Assembly (NCBI RefSeq): GCF_024298765.1 | Contig: NZ_CP101210.1 | DNA length: 64,000 nucleotides | DNA from: Escherichia coli | GTDB lineage: Bacteria; Pseudomonadota; Gammaproteobacteria; Enterobacterales; Enterobacteriaceae | Direction: 5' to 3' (one strand) | In this document: positions 13,206 through 24,271 of the stretch, piece by piece | Layout of the letters: every line of letters starts with the position of its first letter | How positions within the stretch are numbered: position 1 is the stretch's first letter | Notes under the pieces: generated by a model | Told to the model about the DNA's origin: nothing | Seen by the model: only the letters and a program-made list of their open reading frames with translations | Database searches by the model: none | Translations under genes and position numbers: made by a program

Positions 13206-14468
13206 ATGGCACTGACTGACGCAAAAATCCGGGCTGCAAAGCACACTGACAAGGCTTATAAACTCACTGACGGGGCTGGCATGTTCCTGCTGGTACATCC
13301 TAATGGTTCCCGTTACTGGCGTCTCCGTTATCGTATTCTGGGTAAGGAGAAGACTCTGGCACTTGGTGTGTATCCAGAAGTTTCTCTCTCCGAAGCTCGT
13401 ACAAAACGGGATGAGGCCCGAAAACTGATTTCAGAGGGGATTGACCCTTGCGAACAGAAAAGAGTTAAAAAAGTAGTCCCTGATTTACAGCTCTCTTTTG
13501 AACATATTGCACGACGCTGGCATGCCAGTAATAAACAATGGGCACAATCACACAGCGATAAAGTACTCAAAAGCCTCGAGACACACGTTTTCCCCTTTAT
13601 CGGCAACCGGGATATCACAACACTCAATACCCCGGACCTGCTTATCCCTGTTCGTGCTGCAGAAGCAAAACAAATTTATGAAATCGCCAGTCGTCTGCAG
13701 CAAAGAATATCTGCTGTAATGCGTTACGCCGTACAGTCTGGCATCATCAGATATAACCCGGCTCTGGATATGGCTGGTGCATTGACCACGGTAAAACGCC
13801 AGCATCGCCCCGCTCTGAATCTTTCACGTCTGCCTGAACTTCTGTCGCGTATTAACAGTTATAAAGGTCAGCCTGTCACCCGGCTTGCTGTTATGCTGAA
13901 TTTACTGGTTTTTATTCGCTCCAGTGAACTCAGATATGCCCGCTGGGCTGAAATTGATATTGACAATTCAATGTGGACTATTCCAGCCGAACGCAAACCT
14001 CTGCCAGGGGTAAAATTCTCACACCGGGGCTCCAAGATGCGAACACCACATCTTGTGCCACTCAGCAAACAGGCTGTAGCCATACTGACAGAACTTCAGA
14101 CATGGGCTGGTGAAAATGGTCTGATCTTTACGGGAGCACATGACCCGCGTAAACCAATCAGTGAAAATACCGTAAATAAGGCCCTCAGAGTGATGGGGTA
14201 TGACACAACCAAGGAAGTCTGTGGCCATGGATTCCGGGCGATGGCGTGCAGTGCATTGATTGAATCAGGTTTGTGGTCCCGCGATGCTGTGGAACGTCAG
14301 ATGAGCCATCAGGAGCGTAATGGTGTACGTGCTGCGTATATCCATAAAGCAGAACATCTGGAAGAACGTCGACTGATGCTACAGTGGTGGGCAGATTTTC
14401 TGGATGCGAACAGAGATAAGGGTATCAGCCCGTTTGAATATGCAAAGATTAACAATCCATTAAAATAG
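13206..14468 (+). CDS. int: P4-type tyrosine integrase (genomic-island integrase)
   Basis: 420-aa ORF immediately 3-prime of tRNA-Phe; N-terminal MALTDAKIRAAKHTDKAYKLTDGAGMFLLVHPNGSRYWRLRYR typical of P4/CP4-57-type integrases; C-terminal catalytic region with H-x-x-R and terminal Tyr region. Confidence 0.9.
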   Translation: MALTDAKIRAAKHTDKAYKLTDGAGMFLLVHPNGSRYWRLRYRILGKEKTLALGVYPEVSLSEARTKRDEARKLISEGIDPCEQKRVKKVVPDLQLSFEHIARRWHASNKQWAQSHSDKVLKSLETHVFPFIGNRDITTLNTPDLLIPVRAAEAKQIYEIASRLQQRISAVMRYAVQSGIIRYNPALDMAGALTTVKRQHRPALNLSRLPELLSRINSYKGQPVTRLAVMLNLLVFIRSSELRYARWAEIDIDNSMWTIPAERKPLPGVKFSHRGSKMRTPHLVPLSKQAVAILTELQTWAGENGLIFTGAHDPRKPISENTVNKALRVMGYDTTKEVCGHGFRAMACSALIESGLWSRDAVERQMSHQERNGVRAAYIHKAEHLEERRLMLQWWADFLDANRDKGISPFEYAKINNPLK

Positions 14469-14919
14469 TAAGCAGTCCGGGCTGATTGCCCGGACTGCTT
14501 TAACTGATTATTTTTCTTTGTAAATGATGACGAAGATTGATGTTCTGGCAAGTTACTCCGGCTTCCATTAAAGTCCCTTCGTCATGTTCTTCAGGCTATT
14601 TATGACTGTGATTAGCACCAGGAATATCTGGTTTCCATGAGAGCAGGTAATACCCCCCGGTGTTTTCGGCTGTTCTGGTATCCTTGTCCAACGCAGGCAG
14701 TCATTATAAACGGTAAAAAATGTATTCACTGTTATGAAATCAATAGTCCTGACGTACTGTTGAATGTGCTTGCGTTCTGAACCTTGTACAACCAGTACAT
14801 TTGATACCGAATTATAAACAAAACATTGCATCCAACTTTTTCAATATGGACAATAGTTGTCCATATGGTGGTTTTATATTCGATAAATCAATGGATTTCA
14901 TTGAGTCATAGGACTGGTA

Positions 14920-17900
14920 ATGGATGAAAATGCTTTAGGGTTTGCCTCATACTGGCGCAACTCGCTTGCGGACGCTGAGTCAGGAAAGGGCAGTTTTGAA
15001 CGGAAAGACGCCAAAAATTTCACTCATTGGCATGGGATAGCGGCGGGACGTCTTGACGAAGCGATTGTCAGTAAATTTTTTAAGGGAGAAAAAGACGATG
15101 TCGAAACGGTCGATGTCATCTTGCGCCCAAAAGTTTATTTCCGGTTACTGCAGCATGGTAAGGACCGTTCTGCAGGTGCGCCTGATATTGTTACCCCGAT
15201 AGTGACGCCAGCCTTGCTAAGCCGTGAGGGTTTTTTATATCCGACGCCAGCGACCTCCATTCCCAGAGACCTGCTTGAACCTTTGCCAAAAGGAGCATTT
15301 TCGATTGGTGAGATTGGGCAGTATGACAAATACAAGACGACCCATACCACGTTCTCTATCAACTTTGATGACAGCGTTGATAAGACTGCCGAAACGGATG
15401 AAGAACGGGAAGAACGATATGCAGCCTTGCAGCAGGAGTGGCGTCAATATCTGGATGATTCAGAGAGGCTGCTGAAGAACGTTGCCGGCGACTGGATTAA
15501 AAATCCTGAGCAATATGAACTCGCTGAGCACGGTTATATTGTTAAAACGGCGCAATCTGGCGGTGCCAGTTTCCATATCCTTTCTCTTTATGATCACCTG
15601 CTTGTTTGCAATAAGGATGTGCCGCTCTTCAATCGATTCGCCTCGCGAGAGGTTCATGCTGCAGAGTCTTTGCTGGCCCCTGGAGCAAAATTCAGCGACA
15701 GGCTTGGACACTCCGGAGATAAGTTTCCGCTGGCAAAGGCTCAGCGCGATGCCTTAAGCCATTTTCTGGATGCTAAACATGGCGATATCCTTGCTGTTAA
15801 TGGCCCTCCTGGAACCGGAAAAACCACGCTGGTGCTTTCTATCATCGCCACGCAGTGGGCCAGAGCGGCTCTCGAAAAATCTGAGCCTCCGGTTATTATC
15901 GCGACTTCAACGAATAACCAGGCTGTAACGAACATTATTGAGGCATTCGGGAAAGACTTTTCGCAAGGTTCAGGTGCGATGGCCGGGCGATGGTTGCCAG
16001 AGCTGAAAAGCTTCGGCGCTTATTTTCCCTCAGGCAGCCGTAAAGCTGAAGCAGCCAAAAAATATCAAACTGAAGATTTCTTCAACCAGGTTGAGTCAAA
16101 AGAGTATGTAGAAGATGCACTGCTGTTTTATCTGGAAAAGGCTAAGGCAGCCTTTCCTGAAAAAGAGTGTTCATCCCCTGAAAAGGTCATTGAACTCCTG
16201 CATGGTCAGTTGGCAGCAAAATCCGAGCAACTGATAAGACTGAACGCAACATGGCAAAAGTTAAGCCAGATTCGGGCTGCGCGTGAGCTTATTGCTAATG
16301 ATATTGAGCAATATCTCAATAATTTAAATAAATTACTTTCCGGACAAGAACAAAAAATCACTCTACTGAAGAGTGCTAAAACGGAATGGAAAAAATATCG
16401 CGCCGGTGAATCACTGATCTATTCATTATTTTCCTGGCTTCCGGCGGTTCGCAGTAAGCGACAGTACCAAATACAGCTGTTTCTCGAAGATAAATTAGGT
16501 GCGCTGATTGCAGGAAATCAATGGTCTGATCCTGAAACTATCGAACGTAATATTGATGGGCTGCTCAATTCCGCTGAGCGCGAGCAAACAACATACCGGC
16601 AGCAGATTGACTCCGCCCATGAAATCATTCTTAAAGAACAGCAGGCGGTTCAGGAGTGGCAGAGACTGGCTCTTGATTTAGGGTATGAGGGCGACGAGGA
16701 ACTGAGCTTCTCACAGGCCGATGAACTGGCTGATACGCAGATTCGCTTCCCTGCATTTTTACTGACGACTCACTACTGGGAAGGTCGTTGGCTGATGGAT
16801 ATGGCCAGCATTGATGATCTGCAGGAAGAGAAGAAGAAAAAAGGCGCTAAAGGGGTAACCGCCCGTTGGCAACGTCGAATGAAACTCACTCCATGTGTGG
16901 TGATGACATGCTATATGCTGCCCGGCAATATGCAGATAAGTGAGCACAAAGGACAGCGTAAATTCGAGAAAAGTTATTTGTATGATTTTGCCGATTTACT
17001 CATTGTCGATGAAGCCGGGCAGGTGCTTCCTGAAGTGGCTGCTGCCTCGTTTGCATTAGCTAAGAAGGCATTAGTGATTGGCGATACGGAGCAGATCCCG
17101 CCAATATGGAGTATTGCTCCTGCGATTGATATCGGTAACATGCTGGCGGAAAAAATTCTGTCTGGCAGTACGCAAGAAGAGATTACCGAGAAATATACGG
17201 CAATCGCAGACCTTGGTAAAAGTGCCGCATCTGGCAGCGTTATGAAAATAGCGCAGTTTGCTTCGCGCTATCAATATGATCCCGAACTGGCTCGTGGTAT
17301 GTACCTATATGAACACCGCCGGTGCTACGACAATATTATTGGATACTGTAATACGCTCTGCTATCACGGTAAGTTGTTGCCTAAAAGAGGGCGTGAAGAG
17401 AGCAATTTAATGCCCGCAATGGGGTATCTCCATATTGATGGTAAAGGAGAGCTGGCAAGTAGTGGAAGTCGATATAATTTGCTTGAGGCTGAAACGATAG
17501 CGGTCTGGTTGGCAGAGAACCAGCAAAATATTGAAGCGCATTACGGTAAATCGCTTCATGAAGTTGTCGGTATTGTGACGCCTTTTAGCGCTCAGGTATC
17601 CACTATCAAACAGGTGCTGGGCAAACAAGGTATCAGTACGGGCACGAATGAAAAGTCGCTCACAGTGGGCACCGTGCACTCTCTTCAGGGAGCGGAAAGA
17701 GCGATTGTGATATTCTCGCCAGTCTATTCAAAACATGAAGACGGCGGGTTTATTGATAGCGATAACAGCATGCTGAATGTTGCAGTCTCCCGTGCGAAGG
17801 ACAGTTTTCTGGTCTTCGGCGATATGGACCTGTTTGAGGTCCAGCCAGCCTCATCGCCACGGGGATTACTGGCAAAATACCTCTTTGAGTCAGAGAAGAA

Positions 17901-18435
17901 TGCGCTCTCTTTTGATTATAAAGAGCGTAAGGATTTAAAAACCGCCGGGACCAAAATCTACACACTTCATGGTGTGGAGCAACATGATAATTTCCTGAAT
18001 CAGACATTTGAAAATACCAGTAAACACATCACGATAGTTTCTCCATGGCTGACCTGGCAAAGGCTGGAGCAAACCGGTTTTCTTGATTCCATGATTGCGG
18101 CGTGTTCACGTGGAATTAACGTCACGATAGTCACTGACAGAAGCTACAACACTGAACATAATGATTTTGAGAAGCGAAAAGAGAAGCAGCAGAACTTTAA
18201 AGCGGCGCTGGAGAAACTGAATGCGCTGGGTATTGCTACAAAGCTGGTAAACCGTGTTCATAGCAAAATTGTTATTGGTGATGATGGTTTGCTGTGCGTG
18301 GGATCGTTCAACTGGTTTAGTGCGACACGGGAAGCGCGATATGAACGATACGATACATCAATGGTTTATTGCGGTGATAACCTGAAGGGTGAGATTGAGG
18401 CTATTTATAATAGTCTTGAGAGGCGGCAGGTTTAG
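14920..18435 (+). CDS. large SF1 (Upf1/DNA2-like) helicase fused to C-terminal PLD-family (HKD) nuclease; candidate single-gene anti-phage defence protein (Mokosh type II-like)
   Basis: 1171-aa ORF; Walker A GPPGTGKT at 15802..15825; Walker B-like LIVDEAGQ; motif VI-like [17 protein letters not shown]-terminal HxKxxxxD motif HSKIVIGDD at 18259..18285; first cargo gene after integrase. Confidence 0.7.
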   Translation: MDENALGFASYWRNSLADAESGKGSFERKDAKNFTHWHGIAAGRLDEAIVSKFFKGEKDDVETVDVILRPKVYFRLLQHGKDRSAGAPDIVTPIVTPALLSREGFLYPTPATSIPRDLLEPLPKGAFSIGEIGQYDKYKTTHTTFSINFDDSVDKTAETDEEREERYAALQQEWRQYLDDSERLLKNVAGDWIKNPEQYELAEHGYIVKTAQSGGASFHILSLYDHLLVCNKDVPLFNRFASREVHAAESLLAPGAKFSDRLGHSGDKFPLAKAQRDALSHFLDAKHGDILAVNGPPGTGKTTLVLSIIATQWARAALEKSEPPVIIATSTNNQAVTNIIEAFGKDFSQGSGAMAGRWLPELKSFGAYFPSGSRKAEAAKKYQTEDFFNQVESKEYVEDALLFYLEKAKAAFPEKECSSPEKVIELLHGQLAAKSEQLIRLNATWQKLSQIRAARELIANDIEQYLNNLNKLLSGQEQKITLLKSAKTEWKKYRAGESLIYSLFSWLPAVRSKRQYQIQLFLEDKLGALIAGNQWSDPETIERNIDGLLNSAEREQTTYRQQIDSAHEIILKEQQAVQEWQRLALDLGYEGDEELSFSQADELADTQIRFPAFLLTTHYWEGRWLMDMASIDDLQEEKKKKGAKGVTARWQRRMKLTPCVVMTCYMLPGNMQISEHKGQRKFEKSYLYDFADLLIVDEAGQVLPEVAAASFALAKKALVIGDTEQIPPIWSIAPAIDIGNMLAEKILSGSTQEEITEKYTAIADLGKSAASGSVMKIAQFASRYQYDPELARGMYLYEHRRCYDNIIGYCNTLCYHGKLLPKRGREESNLMPAMGYLHIDGKGELASSGSRYNLLEAETIAVWLAENQQNIEAHYGKSLHEVVGIVTPFSAQVSTIKQVLGKQGISTGTNEKSLTVGTVHSLQGAERAIVIFSPVYSKHEDGGFIDSDNSMLNVAVSRAKDSFLVFGDMDLFEVQPASSPRGLLAKYLFESEKNALSFDYKERKDLKTAGTKIYTLHGVEQHDNFLNQTFENTSKHITIVSPWLTWQRLEQTGFLDSMIAACSRGINVTIVTDRSYNTEHNDFEKRKEKQQNFKAALEKLNALGIATKLVNRVHSKIVIGDDGLLCVGSFNWFSATREARYERYDTSMVYCGDNLKGEIEAIYNSLERRQV

Positions 18436-18543
18436 AGCAGGAATGGTGAGTAGCCATCTTACCGATCGTTTTCGAGCGTAAGATGGCTGAATGGAATGGC
18501 TATTATTGCACAGTCCTTAATTATAACATTCATACCGACATGA

Positions 18544-20043
18544 TTATCTTCTGTCCGGAAGAATCAGAGGCTGTGGTTTCAGACTGTCTGCCGGTACATT
18601 CCTGTCTCCGTTAAAAACAATAACGGGTTCATTATCTTCGTCTGTCAGCGGATTGAATGGCGGTATATTTTCAGTACGAATGCCGGTCAGCCACTGAAAA
18701 ATACCTGCGAAATGACGGGCACTGATTTTTCTGCTGACGGACTGATGAGACGTGATGTCACTGGCGGTAATAATCAGGGGAACGCTGTAGCCTCCTTGTA
18801 TATGGCCATCATGATGAACAGGATTAGCACTGTCGCTGACCGACAGACCATGGTCAGAAAAGTAAAGCATGGCAAAATGACGGGAGTGCCGGCGAAGGAT
18901 ACCATCAAGCTGACCGAGAAAGTTATCCAGTTTACTGATGCTGGCGAGGTAACAGGCAATCTTTCGGGGATACTGCTCCAGGTAATGATTCGGCCAGGAG
19001 TTAAGTCGGTCACACGGATTCGGATGAGAGCCAATCATGTGCAGGAATATCACCTTCGGAGAGGATTTATCCGCCAGTGCACGTTCTGTTTCCTGTAACA
19101 ACAACATGTCATCCGTTTTACGGGAAGCAAAGCTGCCTTTCTTGAGGAAAACGGTATGCTCCGCATCAGAAGCAATAACAGAGATGCGTGTATCATGCTC
19201 CCCCAGTTTTCCCTGATTGGATATCCACCATGTGCTGTATCCTGCTTTTGCTGCCAGCGCCACCACGTTGTTGCCGGAGTCAGGGTTCTGCTCATAGTCA
19301 TAAATCAGTGTCCGGCTCAGGGAAGGTACGGTACTGGCTGCTGCCGATGTATAGCCGTCAATAAATAAACCGGGAGCCGTATTCAGCCATGGTGTGGTTG
19401 GCACGGGATAGCCATATACCGACATATAATCCCTGCGCACACTCTCACCAGTAACGATAACAATCGTGTCATACAACGGTGTTCCCGGCAGGATTTTCCA
19501 GTTGTCAGCCCCGTGCTGACTCAGTTGTTTATAACGCTGCATTTCACGCAATGTGTCAGTTGTTCCCACAACAATTCCTTTAACCATCCGCAACGGCCAG
19601 CTGTTTACAGAGCATAATACGAACAGCAGCAGTGCCAGCCAGTTACGGTGACCGCGGTGGTGTGTCCGCCAGAAAATCACCATGAATACCAGAATCGCGG
19701 CACTGACCAGAAAATGATAAACAGGAATCATCCCGGTAAACTCTGCAGCCTCATCAGCCGTGGTCTGCAGCAACGCGACAATAAAACTGTTGTTGATTTT
19801 ACCGTACGTCATACCCGCAGGCGCATACAGTGCACAACAGAACAGAAATAACAGCGTTGTAATGGATGTGAGGGTATTTCTGTGTGCAAGGAGCAGAAGG
19901 AGAAACAGAAGCAGCACATTTCCTGTGGCATTCTTCTCAGTGTATCCGCATGCAATTGTGGTTATCACAGAAATAACAAAAAAGAATAAAAACAATAAAA
20001 TCCGGGGTGTGTCGCCCGGACAAAACAGTTTTCTGATATTCAT
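18544..20043 (-). CDS. phosphoethanolamine transferase / sulfatase-superfamily inner-membrane protein (EptA/MCR-like family)
   Basis: 499-aa ORF; N-terminal multi-TM region then periplasmic domain with VTGESVRRDYMSVYGYP (cf. GE[T/S]AR nucleophile motif of EptA/MCR), HMIGSHPNP and FSDHG metal-site motifs. Confidence 0.7.
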   Translation of the reverse strand: MNIRKLFCPGDTPRILLFLFFFVISVITTIACGYTEKNATGNVLLLFLLLLLAHRNTLTSITTLLFLFCCALYAPAGMTYGKINNSFIVALLQTTADEAAEFTGMIPVYHFLVSAAILVFMVIFWRTHHRGHRNWLALLLFVLCSVNSWPLRMVKGIVVGTTDTLREMQRYKQLSQHGADNWKILPGTPLYDTIVIVTGESVRRDYMSVYGYPVPTTPWLNTAPGLFIDGYTSAAASTVPSLSRTLIYDYEQNPDSGNNVVALAAKAGYSTWWISNQGKLGEHDTRISVIASDAEHTVFLKKGSFASRKTDDMLLLQETERALADKSSPKVIFLHMIGSHPNPCDRLNSWPNHYLEQYPRKIACYLASISKLDNFLGQLDGILRRHSRHFAMLYFSDHGLSVSDSANPVHHDGHIQGGYSVPLIITASDITSHQSVSRKISARHFAGIFQWLTGIRTENIPPFNPLTDEDNEPVIVFNGDRNVPADSLKPQPLILPDRR

Positions 20044-20224
20044 CGGAGTATATCGACAACATTATTATGAAGAGAACAGGATAATAAAAATCAGAAATTA
20101 TCTGTAAAACAGATAACAGACAACCCTGCAGCAATAGACTGCAGGGTGTTTCTGTTTAATTGCAGAAGATATACAATTATATTAATTACAGAATATTCGT
20201 GATTATCTCTCGGGAACAGTGTTG

Positions 20225-20965
20225 TCAGAAGTTATAAGTCACACCAAGCATGATGTCATGACTTTTAACATCAACTTCTGACTTATATTTATCGCCCCAC
20301 TCGTCCTTGTAACTCACACTGCTGTCACCTGCATCAAGATAGCGATAGCTGAGGTCCAGAGCGATATCCGGGGTTACGTCATAGCGGACACCCGCGCCAA
20401 GGTTCCATGCGAAGTTGTCAGCAGAGCCTGAACGTGACAACGATTCGCGACCACTGCTTCCGTACTCATAATCCCAGGTACTGATACCGGTTGTTTTCTG
20501 GTGAATTCTGGCGTAGCCAATCCCTGCAGATATCCAAGGTGTGAATGCGCTGTCATTCCGGAAGTCATAGTACGCATTCAGCATTAGTGTGTTGACTGAC
20601 ACCTCATTCTTCAGGTCATCACGCCAGTAACCACCTGACCAACTGTCTTTATCTACGTTATACTTCGAATCAGCTTTTCCACGAGCGTAAAACTCCAGTT
20701 CTGTACGAACCGGAATACTGAACTGCGGATAAAAATCATAACCAGCCGCGATACCACCACTGAATACCGTATCATGGTCATCGCCGCCTTTATACTTTGA
20801 CGTTTCTTCCTCATCTCCTGACAGGAAACGCTGGTCTGAAAGTGACACCACAGAGGTACCGGCTTTACCGGTCAGATAAAAACCGCTTTTACCTTCCTCA
20901 GCACCTGCATTTGCTGCAAATACACAGGCTGCGGCCACCACTGAAACAGCAAAAACCTTTTTCAT
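20225..20965 (-). CDS. outer-membrane beta-barrel protein (OmpA-like transmembrane barrel family)
   Basis: 246-aa ORF; Sec signal peptide MKKVFAVSVVAAACVFAANA; alternating amphipathic beta-strands; C-terminal aromatic residue (GVTYNF) typical of OMPs. Confidence 0.7.
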   Translation of the reverse strand: MKKVFAVSVVAAACVFAANAGAEEGKSGFYLTGKAGTSVVSLSDQRFLSGDEEETSKYKGGDDHDTVFSGGIAAGYDFYPQFSIPVRTELEFYARGKADSKYNVDKDSWSGGYWRDDLKNEVSVNTLMLNAYYDFRNDSAFTPWISAGIGYARIHQKTTGISTWDYEYGSSGRESLSRSGSADNFAWNLGAGVRYDVTPDIALDLSYRYLDAGDSSVSYKDEWGDKYKSEVDVKSHDIMLGVTYNF

Positions 20966-21452
20966 TTCAATTATCTCCGTTATTGCTCCGTTGCTGCAAG
21001 CAGTACTCAGTGCATTTTAAAACCCGCCATGCTATAGCCTCAATCGAATAAAATCGATCGAATCGATCGATGATATCGATCGTCATTAACCAGAAATTTT
21101 TATCGTATTCAGTCAGCACAGACACAACAAATGCATGCCATGCAGGCAGCCATGCCCCGTCGCGACAGATGGTAGCAGTGGGCTGGCGAAGAGCAGAATT
21201 AATAAAATTTGTTTATTCTGTCAGGAGATAAGGTGTCACCTGTTCATGAACACAATTAAGGAAGAGACATACATGAGCTGACTGGCAGTCCAGAGTGCAT
21301 GCGGTTACAAGCCGGAAAGGTGAACCGGTATAACCAGTGAGCAGAGTTTGTGAAGGGGGGATATAAAAAAGCCCACTGCATGGCTGCGGGTAAAGAGTCA
21401 GTTATTTCCGGCGTTTTTCAAGGTAGTTGTCGCCTGATGTAATAAAATTACG

Positions 21453-21790
21453 TTATGCCGCTTCTTTTTCTGGATTCAGATAAACTGCCTGAATGAGTTC
21501 CCAGTCACGCAACTGTTTGCTCCAGCGCTCAGGATGACGCTTGCGAGCTTCGCGATAAACTTTTTTTCTGGCTTCCAGTATTTGTGCATCAATTCCGCGA
21601 TGGCGTTCATCCGGAGTAACATACTTAATACCGCTGTGCTTGTGTTCCAGGTTGTACCATTACGTGAACTTGCTTAACCAACTTCTGGCTTCATCTATGG
21701 TTCGAAAACCATTCTCCGGCCACCATGAACAATACTTAATCGTCCGGAAGAGCGATTCGGAATAAAGAAGTGTTACTGGCAGTTCTTTCA
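21453..21790 (-). pseudogene. remnant of IS3-family transposase OrfB (C-terminal part, in-frame stop)
   Basis: Minus-strand translation gives ...GFRTIDEARSWLSKFT*WYNLEHKHSGIKYVTPDERHRGIDAQILEARKKVYREARKRHPERWS..., typical integrase-core C-terminus, interrupted by a stop; no intact ORF. Confidence 0.5.
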
Positions 21791-21820
21791 TCGCATCAGT
21801 GAAAACCAGCAGGGCACTGC

Positions 21821-22162
21821 TCACCAGAGCAACACAGGAAAGTGAACCCGAACAAAAGTTCCTGTACCATTTTCTCCCAGCAGACGTGAGGCTTGTTCCA
21901 GTGACGCTGGTATACGTCCCAGCCGGACATCAAGTGCGCCGATGGCTATTGCCTGAAATCGCATCGTACAGCAAATCACCAACAGGACACCGACAGACAT
22001 TAAAGGTAACCCCCTGTAATCCAGTAGTTCCGACAGCCAGCGGTCATTTAGGGAGTCAGAAAACCAATCGCCAGAATCGTGCCCGGAAAGGCATAACCCA
22101 GCGACGCCCCTCTCATCACACCGCGCCTGAACAGTGGCATAGCGTTGAGGAATTCCGGGCAT
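21821..22162 (-). pseudogene. possible fragment of an ABC-transporter permease gene
   Basis: 113-aa ORF contains permease-like EAA-loop-type segment (IPASLEQASRLLG) but is far too short and lacks context. Confidence 0.25.
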
Positions 22163-22291
22163 TCCAGACTACGAGCAGACTGACAAAAATTACGACAAAG
22201 CGTTGAAGGAAGCCAGCGCGCGGACTGACAGGACTTTACCATAAAAACACAGGCTAACCGCGCCTGCGTTTTTAATGACGGATAAACAGAA

Positions 22292-24271
22292 TCAGGTGCC
22301 GATTATGCCGCCGTCGGCTTTTACGATAACGACAGTTGAGGAGCGCGGACGACCAGCCTTATCGCCGTCAGGCCAGCTTGATACTGCCGTCGGATGCTGC
22401 GGATCGCTAAGCCCTTCGCTTGGCTCGCCAGGGTGCTGGATGTTAATAAACAGCGTCCGGTTATCCGGAGTGAACGCGATGCCGGTGATTTCGCAGCCGC
22501 GCGGGCCGGTCAGGAAGCGGCGGAACTCATTGGTACCGGGGATCGTCGCCACCATCTGGTTGTTGCCCATGCCTTTGTAATCTTTACTATTGATGGTTGA
22601 TGACGACACGTCGGTCTGGATCCATAGCACGCCGCGGTGATCGAAGCTCAGGCCATCGGCGCTGCCGAATTCCGCCCCCTTCATGCTGCCTTTGGTTTCC
22701 GGTTTGTCCGTATCGGTGCGACCGCCCATCACAAGAATATCCCAGGCAAACTGCAGCGCGGTCGGGTCACCGTTATGCTCCAACCAGTGAATGATGTGGC
22801 CGTAAACGTTTTTGGCGCGCGGGTTGGCCGCATCCACTGGCGCTTTTCCTTCCTTACCGCGATCGCTGTTGTTGGTGAGCGTGCAGTAAACGCTGCCGGC
22901 GTGATATGGATCGACCGCAATCCACTCCGGGCGGTCCATTTTAGTGGCCCCCACGGCGTCTGCCGCCAGACGGGTTTTAATCAACAGGTCGCCCTGGTTT
23001 TCAAACCCTTTACTGGCGTCGAGCCCATTTTGTCCGAACACCAGCGGTAGCCACTCGCCTTTGCCGTCGTCGTTAAATTTCGCCACGTACAGAGTGCCTT
23101 TTTCCAGCAGGTGCATGTTGGCTTTGCGATCCTGCGGGTTGAATTTTCCTTCCGAGACAAATTTATATATGTATTCGAATTTCTGGTCATCGCCCATATA
23201 GACCACAACGCGGTTATCCGGGGCAATTGTCACCGCTGCGCCTTCGTGTTTGATGCGACCAAGCGCGGTGTGCTTGCGCGGCACTGAATGCGGATCGTAT
23301 GGATCGATTTCCACCACCCAGCCGAAGCGGTTCGGCTCGTTCGGCGTGGCGTCGACGCTGAACCTTTTATCCACTTCGTTCCAGCGGTAAGAGTCGTCGC
23401 TCCCGCTGATACCGTAACGTTTTTCCAGCGGGTTCATCTCTGCTTTTTTTACGAAAATATCGGACCAGTTCTCTTCACACGTCAGATAGGTGCCCCACGG
23501 CGTAAATCCGTTGGCACAGTTCTGCATGGTGCCGAGAATGATTTCGCCTTTCGGATCGTCAACTGTTTGCATCAGTGGGTTATGCAGCGCCGGACCGGTG
23601 ATTTTCATCGGCGTGTTAACGGTGATGCGGCGTGCGAAAGATGACGGGCGCACCACTTCCCAGCCCAGGGGCACTTTTTTTACTTCAATGACCGACACGC
23701 CCATCGCGTTCTGGCCTTTAAGAGCTTTATCGGCGCTCCAGTTGGCATCGCCATCTTTAAACAGTAGACCGTTATCGATGTATTCATGGTTTATGGCAAG
23801 CAGGCCGTGATCGGAGCTGTTCCCGCCCTGCGGCAGGCTAAACCACGCCATGCCGTCGTGGTGCATCCCGGCCTGCGCCGCCTGTTCTTCCGTGGTGTTG
23901 CTACCGTCGGTTTTAAAAACCGGCAGATTTCCGGCAATCCCGGTGGCGTCGCCCCATTTGTAGAAGGGCTTCGCGATGTATCCTTCCGGCACGATAACGG
24001 TATCTTCCGTGGAAACCGGCAGGCTGGTGAAACCGAGCGTCGTCGCTTTGCCGAGGTTACCGCTTGCTTTGGAGACCACTTTCGCCAGCGCGTTTTCCTG
24101 TTTCAGCAGAAATGGGAACGCTGCCGCGGCACCGGCGACCGTGCCTGCCTGTAACAGACGGCGGCGTGACAAATAGACTTCCGCCACCTGCGAAAACGCG
24201 CGGTTATCGCTCGGGTTACTGATTTCTTCACTATGCTCACGTTTGAATAAAGTTTTTAACGGTCTGCCCAT
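22292..24271 (-). CDS. phoX: Tat-secreted PhoX-family alkaline phosphatase (DUF839-like)
   Basis: 659-aa ORF; twin-arginine signal (SRRRLLQAGTVAGAAAAF); overall resemblance to PhoX family by memory. Confidence 0.6.
   Translation of the reverse strand: MGRPLKTLFKREHSEEISNPSDNRAFSQVAEVYLSRRRLLQAGTVAGAAAAFPFLLKQENALAKVVSKASGNLGKATTLGFTSLPVSTEDTVIVPEGYIAKPFYKWGDATGIAGNLPVFKTDGSNTTEEQAAQAGMHHDGMAWFSLPQGGNSSDHGLLAINHEYIDNGLLFKDGDANWSADKALKGQNAMGVSVIEVKKVPLGWEVVRPSSFARRITVNTPMKITGPALHNPLMQTVDDPKGEIILGTMQNCANGFTPWGTYLTCEENWSDIFVKKAEMNPLEKRYGISGSDDSYRWNEVDKRFSVDATPNEPNRFGWVVEIDPYDPHSVPRKHTALGRIKHEGAAVTIAPDNRVVVYMGDDQKFEYIYKFVSEGKFNPQDRKANMHLLEKGTLYVAKFNDDGKGEWLPLVFGQNGLDASKGFENQGDLLIKTRLAADAVGATKMDRPEWIAVDPYHAGSVYCTLTNNSDRGKEGKAPVDAANPRAKNVYGHIIHWLEHNGDPTALQFAWDILVMGGRTDTDKPETKGSMKGAEFGSADGLSFDHRGVLWIQTDVSSSTINSKDYKGMGNNQMVATIPGTNEFRRFLTGPRGCEITGIAFTPDNRTLFINIQHPGEPSEGLSDPQHPTAVSSWPDGDKAGRPRSSTVVIVKADGGIIGT

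Noticed and set aside
14568-14831. 87-aa minus-strand ORF between integrase and helicase-PLD gene
   Set aside because: No RBS or family resemblance; lies in the likely promoter region of the helicase-PLD gene; probably non-coding.
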